Shown here piece after piece: positions 41,634-46,797 of a DNA stretch of 46,797 nt. Within the stretch, counting starts at the first letter, position 1. Each line of letters begins with the position of its first letter. Below the pieces are notes generated by a model that was not told the DNA's origin, ran no database searches, and saw only the letters and a program-made list of their open reading frames with translations. The position numbers and the translations under genes were made by a program. Origin of the DNA: a bacterium (lineage in GTDB: Bacteria > CLD3 > SB21). The stretch lies in the NCBI GenBank assembly GCA_013360215.1, contig JABWCP010000025.1:1-46797 (forward strand), read 5' to 3'.

Positions 41634-41905
41634 AAACATTTAATTTGGATGCTAGATTGTTTGCTATTATTAACAGTTCTGAGTTTGAAGGAAAAGAAAC
41701 AACAGGCCCAATTATGAGAAAGGGAGAAGGTAATTGTGTAGAGCTGTTAGTTTTTGAATCTCCAGATCAAGCCAAGAGATTCATGAGAGATCAAAACATT
41801 ACATGGGAGAAACACCAAATTGTTAACTTAAGCCACTCTGTTATTGTTGATTCAGTTAATGAATTAAGTGATGAGTTTGATGTAAAAATCATTTTAGTGA
41901 ATTAG
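41630..41905 (+). CDS. Putative cognate immunity protein
   Basis: 91-aa AT-rich ORF overlapping the Rhs stop (ATGA), followed by terminator. Confidence 0.6.
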   Translation: MKTFNLDARLFAIINSSEFEGKETTGPIMRKGEGNCVELLVFESPDQAKRFMRDQNITWEKHQIVNLSHSVIVDSVNELSDEFDVKIILVN

Positions 41906-41951
41906 AAGAATTCGATTTATTTTTTAATATTAATCTAAAGTATTTCCCCGT

Positions 41952-41981
41952 AATCCTCCCTTACCGGAGGGTTTTTCTTTT
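41952..41981 (+). terminator. Intrinsic terminator after Rhs/immunity pair
   Basis: AATCCTCC...GGAGGGTT plus T-rich tail. Confidence 0.7.
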
Positions 41982-41992
41982 CCGCGCTATCA

Positions 41993-42123
41993 CGTCACGC
42001 CTTCGGCGTGATGATTCATCCCCGTGGCTAAGTAGTTTTTGAAGTTCGCCCGTGCGTCACGCCTTTGGCGTGACAGGTCTAACCCCCGCTATGCGTTCGT
42101 GTCGTCACGCGTGCCGCGAGATG
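41993..42123. repeat. Cluster of three REP-like GC-rich palindromes
   Basis: CGTCACGCC-TTC-GGCGTGATG (41993-42013), CGTCACGCC-TTT-GGCGTGACA (42055-42075), degenerate copy 42103-42123. Confidence 0.7.
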
Positions 42124-42145
42124 ATACTGCAGCGTGTGCGTGAAT

Positions 42146-43063
42146 TTATATATACCTATTGTTATTCTGTTCAATATTTATCCGATTCGGTAGCCGATAC
42201 TTTTCGCATAGTCTATTCAATTTTTCTTCCAACGCAGTCAGATAATAATCGGGCATCGTAGCAGAACGGTCGAAATACCCACGGTATTTATCTATTAAGT
42301 GCGGATAATGCTGTTGAATCGTCCGGAGTGTACGGATTTTGCTGTCGGAGGGCTGATCACCGTACAAAGTCAAAGAAGCCGGAAAAATATACCGTGCCCC
42401 GATTTGTGCAAACGTCGAAAACGATAGTTCGAGTTGATCTGCCGTATCGGATATCCACGGTAGCAGCGGCATCAGACTGACGCCCGCGTAAAATCCTTCA
42501 TCCAAAATTTGTTTCAGTCCTTGCAGGCGGCGCGACGGCGGTGTCGCACCGGGTTCGAAGATGTGCGCCGTGCGATCATCTATCGACGAAAAAGAAAATG
42601 TGATGAGTGCGCCCGACGGTACTTTGCCTAACAAGTCTTCGGGCAAAATAGCAGTCTTACCGATGTGCATCAAAATATCGGTATCGCGTAATATCAGATC
42701 GGAACGCGTGATGATGTGAACCGGAAATCGGTGGTGCAAGATGATCTCTAATAATCGGCGCGTGAGCCCGAGTTCCTTTTCCGCATGTCCATACGGGTCG
42801 GTGGAGGAAGCGAGTACGATAAATCCATATTGTCCGCGTTTGGCGCGAAGGCTTAACTGTTTATCCAGCAGTTCAGGCGCATTGGTTTTATAGGATAGTT
42901 TTTTTTCGGTGTGTGTACCGTATCGGCTTCCATGCACATAACAAAATACGCATCCCGTCGAACAGCCGCTGTACGGATTGAGGGTATAGTCATCCAAAAA
43001 CCATGGATCGCGGCGTTTGGTTTTGTTGAGGATGGTTCGAACAGTGACAGGCGTACAGGGCAT
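42146..43063 (-). CDS. Radical SAM protein, SplB/Rv2578c-like (putative DNA repair)
   Basis: LNPYSGCSTGCVFCY, TDPY, IITRS.LI.RD, FEPGA.PP..RL, P.LP.I.D. Confidence 0.87.
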   Translation of the reverse strand: MPCTPVTVRTILNKTKRRDPWFLDDYTLNPYSGCSTGCVFCYVHGSRYGTHTEKKLSYKTNAPELLDKQLSLRAKRGQYGFIVLASSTDPYGHAEKELGLTRRLLEIILHHRFPVHIITRSDLILRDTDILMHIGKTAILPEDLLGKVPSGALITFSFSSIDDRTAHIFEPGATPPSRRLQGLKQILDEGFYAGVSLMPLLPWISDTADQLELSFSTFAQIGARYIFPASLTLYGDQPSDSKIRTLRTIQQHYPHLIDKYRGYFDRSATMPDYYLTALEEKLNRLCEKYRLPNRINIEQNNNRYI

Positions 43064-43212
43064 AAAAATAAAATTCTGTCAACGTATGGTAATTGAAAAA
43101 ACACGCGCGTATTGGTTGAGCATCCGTTACGAGGATATTTTTGGTCAGGCGCAAAAACAGCCTGCTGTCCTATAATCGAACAAAAACAAAATCAGTTTTC
43201 GTCTGTACCTGT

Positions 43213-43659
43213 TTAGTTTTTCAAAAGATGCTTCAAAGCCGCAACATCCATTTGATCTCTTTCACGGAGTGATTGTTCTTTGAACCAAACCAACATGGAA
43301 GCATCCAAAAAAGGAATTTTGTGCCCGTCCAAAGCGTGAAAACGAATATGAGAGGTGAGATCGGAATAACGTTTGCCGTTTATCCGAGTAAAAATATCTA
43401 TTGGAAAAACTTCAATGAGGCGAACGGCACCTTCTTCATCAGGAAAATCTTCAACTGAAAGTTCGCGGGCATACCCGTCATGATAGCCGGATAAAACGGA
43501 AATGAGTTTTTTGAGATTGGAAATATGATCATCAACGATGATATCAACGTCTTCGGTCGGTCGTACATGTCCGTTAAAAACGCAGGCAAATCCTCCGACT
43601 ACAATAAAACGGATTTCATTTTTTGTCAGCAGGACCAACAATTTTTCGTATTCGTTCAT
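43213..43659 (-). CDS. Nucleotidyltransferase family protein (DUF6036/AbiEii-like)
   Basis: VVGG.A...G..RPTEDVDI and C-terminal K...R.RD..D motifs. Confidence 0.8.
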   Translation of the reverse strand: MNEYEKLLVLLTKNEIRFIVVGGFACVFNGHVRPTEDVDIIVDDHISNLKKLISVLSGYHDGYARELSVEDFPDEEGAVRLIEVFPIDIFTRINGKRYSDLTSHIRFHALDGHKIPFLDASMLVWFKEQSLRERDQMDVAALKHLLKN

Positions 43660-43780
43660 TGTTTTCCTGTTTAGGTTTTTTGCCGATTTTTTTTAGAAAT
43701 TCATTCAGCTCTGCGACGAGTTCCGTAGGGCGTTTTTTGGATTGGCCGATTTGCTTACGGATATGTTCACCCACACCCAT
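43616..43780 (-). CDS. Small basic 54-aa protein (absent from ORF track), putative partner of the nucleotidyltransferase
   Basis: ATG 2 nt after parB stop; MGVGEHIRKQIGQSKKRPTELVAELNEFLKKIGKK...; overlaps NTase start by 44 nt. Confidence 0.55.
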   Translation of the reverse strand: MGVGEHIRKQIGQSKKRPTELVAELNEFLKKIGKKPKQENNERIRKIVGPADKK

Positions 43781-43782
43781 GA

Positions 43783-44712
43783 TTATCCCCGGATGGTTTC
43801 GATCATTTCGATGACGCGTTGCAAGTCGTCATTCGAATAATATTCGATCTCTACGGAGCCGCTGCCGTCTTTGTGATGATGCAGGCGCACTTTGGTGCCT
43901 AACTTCATACGCAGGCGTCCTTCCACATCCGCGATATGCGGGTTGGCCGGTTGCGCGGATTCGATTTCATATTTATTCGGCGAAACTTTGTGGCTTTTTC
44001 CTTCGAGTTCCTCAAGCGTCGTTTTGACCAACTGTTCGGTTTTGCGAACGGACATGCCGCCGTCCACGATCTGCTTCCATGCTTTGAGCTGAAGCTGTTC
44101 GGAGGGGAGTGCGATCAGAGCGCGTCCGTGGCCGATGGTGATTTCTTCTTTTTTGAGGCTTTCCTGGATATCGGCCGGCAGTTTTAGCAAACGAATAATA
44201 TTGGTAATGGTCGTACGATCTTTGCCGATTTTTTGAGCGACCTGATCTTGTGTCAAATTGCAGGTTTCGATCAGTAGCTGGTACCCTTCGGCCAATTCGA
44301 TCGGATTGAGTTTTTCGCGCTGGACATTTTCGATGATGGCCAGTTCGAGCATTTCCTGATCGGTGACATTTTCACGGATGTAAGCGGGTAACTCAGTCAG
44401 CCCGGCCAATTTGCTGGCGCGAAAACGGCGCTCTCCGGCGATCAATTCATAACCGGTCGCTGTTTTACGAACGGTGATCGGCTGAATGATACCGTTTTGC
44501 AGAATCGATTGTTTTAGTTCTTCCAGCGCCTGCGGTTCGAATTCCTTACGCGGCTGAAAGGGGTTTGCACGAATCTGGTCAATCGGTATTTTAGCGATGG
44601 GCGTATCGCTCCGCACTTCATCTTTGAGCGTACCGTCGGCATTAAGTTCTTCGCGAATAAGCGCACTAAGGCCTTTTCCAAGACCCGTATTTTTTTTGGG
44701 CGTAAAATTCAT
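43783..44712 (-). CDS. parB: Chromosome partitioning protein ParB
   Basis: GLGKGLSALI, NPFQPRK, IAGERRFRA, ENVQRE.LNP, HTH GKDRTTITN. Confidence 0.97.
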   Translation of the reverse strand: MNFTPKKNTGLGKGLSALIREELNADGTLKDEVRSDTPIAKIPIDQIRANPFQPRKEFEPQALEELKQSILQNGIIQPITVRKTATGYELIAGERRFRASKLAGLTELPAYIRENVTDQEMLELAIIENVQREKLNPIELAEGYQLLIETCNLTQDQVAQKIGKDRTTITNIIRLLKLPADIQESLKKEEITIGHGRALIALPSEQLQLKAWKQIVDGGMSVRKTEQLVKTTLEELEGKSHKVSPNKYEIESAQPANPHIADVEGRLRMKLGTKVRLHHHKDGSGSVEIEYYSNDDLQRVIEMIETIRG

Positions 44713-44724
44713 ATAAAATTTGTG

Positions 44725-45504
44725 TTATGCCGGTTGCGGCGTGATGACGTTGGCGATGACTTCTTTGGCCACGCCCATATAGTCTTGAGAACCGACGGAC
44801 GCAGGATCATAGAGGATGATCGGTTTACCAAAGCTGGGCGCTTCACCGAGTTTGATATTGCGGTGAATGACATTTTTGAAAACTTTGTCTTTGAAATATT
44901 CTTTGACTTCGCCCACGACCTGATTGGACAAATTGAGGCGGCTGTCGTACATCGTCATCAGCACGCCTTCGATGGTCAGATCGGTATTGAGGTGACGCTG
45001 GACGAGGCGAATGGTATTGAGCAACTGGCGTAATCCTTCGAGCGCATAATATTCGCACTGAATGGGAATCAGTACCGTATCCGCGGCCGATAGCGCATTA
45101 AGCGTGAGAAGACCGAGCGACGGCGGGCAATCAATGAGAATGTATTCGTACTGATCGCGAATCGGAGCAATGGCTTTTTTGAACATGTGTTCGCGTTCTT
45201 CGAGATTGACCAATTCGATTTCGGCGCCGACAAGGCGGATGTGCGCCGGAAGGAGATCCATACTGGGCATCATCGTTTTCAAAATCGTATCGGTCGCCGG
45301 AACGGTTTGAATCAGAACTTCATACGAACCGCGTTCGATTTTTTCGAGATCAAAACCGAGGCCGGTCGTGGAATTGGCCTGCGGATCCATATCAATAATA
45401 AGCGTGCGTTTGCCGGCATGGGCGAGGCTCGCAGAAAGATTGATCGAAGTCGTCGTTTTACCGACGCCACCTTTTTGGTTGGCTATGGCAATAATTCTGC
45501 CCAT
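44725..45504 (-). CDS. parA: Chromosome partitioning ATPase ParA/Soj
   Basis: NQKGGVGKTT, DMDPQAN, IDCPPSLG, QCEYYALEG, EAPSFG. Confidence 0.97.
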   Translation of the reverse strand: MGRIIAIANQKGGVGKTTTSINLSASLAHAGKRTLIIDMDPQANSTTGLGFDLEKIERGSYEVLIQTVPATDTILKTMMPSMDLLPAHIRLVGAEIELVNLEEREHMFKKAIAPIRDQYEYILIDCPPSLGLLTLNALSAADTVLIPIQCEYYALEGLRQLLNTIRLVQRHLNTDLTIEGVLMTMYDSRLNLSNQVVGEVKEYFKDKVFKNVIHRNIKLGEAPSFGKPIILYDPASVGSQDYMGVAKEVIANVITPQPA

Positions 45505-45558
45505 TCATTCTCCTGAAACGATGTGGAACACTGTATGATGTTTCACGAATAGCCCGCA

Positions 45559-45587
45559 AAGATAGGGAAGCGGGTTCTATTTAGCAA
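45559..45587 (-). promoter_or_regulatory. Predicted promoter of parAB
   Basis: TTGCTA-N17-TATCTT(TG) on minus strand. Confidence 0.5.
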
Positions 45588-45631
45588 CGCATTTTTTATA
45601 AAAATGCGAGCTATTTTTAATCATTATAAGA

Positions 45632-46483
45632 TCATTTTTTATAATGATTTACGATGCTTTTTGCCTTTTCGAGGACGCTTTGGCGCAATTCGTCCGGGGC
45701 CAAAACGGTCACTGCATCACCCCATCCCAAAATCCACGCTATAAATTCATTGGACAGTTTGACTTTGAGCCGAATTTCAAACCCGTTATCGCTTTGTTTC
45801 ATCGCCTGCTCTTCAATCCAAAATTTTTCGGCCATGTATTGGCCTAGATCATCTTTGAAACGCAGATGCACGTCGGTCAGTTTACCGCCGGTAAAAGATC
45901 CCCAGGAATGGCGAAACAGTTCGTTGAGCGTTGGGACATTTTTGATGGAGGATGCCTGCCGCGAAAAACGAAAGTTCTGAATGCGCTCGATGGTAAACAT
46001 TTTAGCCGTGTCTTGGTGTATCGCGATCAGGTAATGCGTTTTTCCGGCATTGTAAAACGTAACCGGAGTGACGGTACGCCACTGATAACGGTTGGTTTTA
46101 GCTGAACGGTATTCGATCTCGATGACATGCTTTTGGCGTATCGCGCGGATCGTTTCAACGAAGAAACTCAACGTTTTGTTTTGAAATCGCTCCAAAACGA
46201 GCGGAAGATTTTTGATCGTTTCATTATTCCCGAAGGCGAAATATGTCGTGATGAGCGTATTGATCTGCAAAAGAGATAGTTCGATGCGAAACGCGCGTTT
46301 GCGGGAATTGACGGTGATGCCCATCGCCCGAAGTGCACGCATATCGCGGTGAATGGAAGATTCGCTGGTATGAAATTTTTCGGCTAAGTCTATTTCGGAA
46401 TATTTGTCGGGGAATTCATAAATCAGCGCGGCGATTTCGATCTGACGCTGAAGATCATCAATACTATTAATCATGCTACGCAT
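45632..46483 (-). CDS. WYL domain transcriptional regulator (HTH-WYL-WCX)
   Basis: LAEKFHTSESSIHRDM..L HTH, I.Y....R.V.P, HYL, F.IERI, WILGWG..V.V.APDELR; start 46483 or 46474. Confidence 0.9.
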   Translation of the reverse strand: MRSMINSIDDLQRQIEIAALIYEFPDKYSEIDLAEKFHTSESSIHRDMRALRAMGITVNSRKRAFRIELSLLQINTLITTYFAFGNNETIKNLPLVLERFQNKTLSFFVETIRAIRQKHVIEIEYRSAKTNRYQWRTVTPVTFYNAGKTHYLIAIHQDTAKMFTIERIQNFRFSRQASSIKNVPTLNELFRHSWGSFTGGKLTDVHLRFKDDLGQYMAEKFWIEEQAMKQSDNGFEIRLKVKLSNEFIAWILGWGDAVTVLAPDELRQSVLEKAKSIVNHYKK

Positions 46484-46547
46484 CCCAATAAAAATTAATC
46501 GTTGAAATGTCATTAAAAATAATATTGAAATCAAATATTGTCAAAAA

Positions 46548-46579
46548 TTGACAGAAAAGAGCTGTCAGCTGACTATAAA
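46548..46579 (+). promoter_or_regulatory. Putative ssb promoter with overlapping inverted-repeat operator
   Basis: TTGACA-N20-TATAAA containing TGACAG-N7-CTGTCA (46549-46567). Confidence 0.55.
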
Positions 46580-46671
46580 TTAATAACGTTACGATGATGG
46601 AAATGATACAAAAAATGAAACGAAAAAGAATTTACTAATAACACATAAAAACAAAACAAGGAGAACAAGTC

Positions 46672-46797
46672 ATGAACAAAGGAAGTTTGAATCGCGCTGT
46701 ATTGATCGGTCGTCTGGGCCGTGATCCGCAGGTACGCTATACGCCTACGGGAACGCCGATCACGTCGTTTAGCGTAGCGACGACGCAGGTATTTAAA
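46672..46797 (+). CDS. ssb: Single-stranded DNA-binding protein (5' part; runs off the window)
   Basis: MNKGSLNRAVLIGRLGRDPQVRYTPTGTPITSFSVATT; AGGAG RBS. Confidence 0.93.
   Translation, partial: MNKGSLNRAVLIGRLGRDPQVRYTPTGTPITSFSVATTQVFK

Noticed and set aside
41993..42123. CRISPR interpretation of the three palindromes
   Set aside because: Short degenerate repeats, uneven spacing, spacers share motifs, no cas genes
43074..43082. TTGACAGAA half-site shared with the WYL/ssb operator, upstream of the SplB-like gene
   Set aside because: Half-site only, 10 bp from the start codon; could easily be chance

Overview
Chromosomal, mostly housekeeping window from a Gram-negative bacterium, probably an FCB-group relative (KSB1/Calditrichota/Ignavibacteria-like; inferred from gene content, promoter shape and signal peptides). 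In order: uppS-bamA-skp-skp-lpxD-ruvB (+); a long minus-strand block (thiE, 2-oxoacid dehydrogenase E2, crotonase, M28 glutaminyl-cyclase-like lipoprotein, folE2, radical SAM, RNase E/G, DUF4301, pepA, DHH phosphoesterase, FAD oxidoreductase); sucC, add, xerD, a HAMP kinase, GT-C glycosyltransferase, methyltransferase, HU, ruvX; yqeY and a beta-propeller/Y_Y_Y kinase (-); iaaA, M20 dipeptidase, SGNH, EI24, hutH (+); an orphan Rhs toxin/immunity pair followed by REP-like hairpins; an SplB-like radical SAM gene; parA-parB followed by a small unlisted ORF plus a nucleotidyltransferase; and a WYL regulator divergent from a partial ssb. No rRNA, tRNA, CRISPR array or transposase was seen. Best leads: two candidate structured RNAs (add-xerD rod; T-loop-containing RNase E/G leader), a WYL/ssb module with a palindromic operator inside a long-spacer promoter, a toxin-antitoxin-like pair coupled to parAB, an Rhs toxin of unrecognised type, and Gln after the predicted cleavage site in all seven signal peptides I identified, next to a glutaminyl cyclase candidate. 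All calls come from reading motifs by eye; no searches were run.
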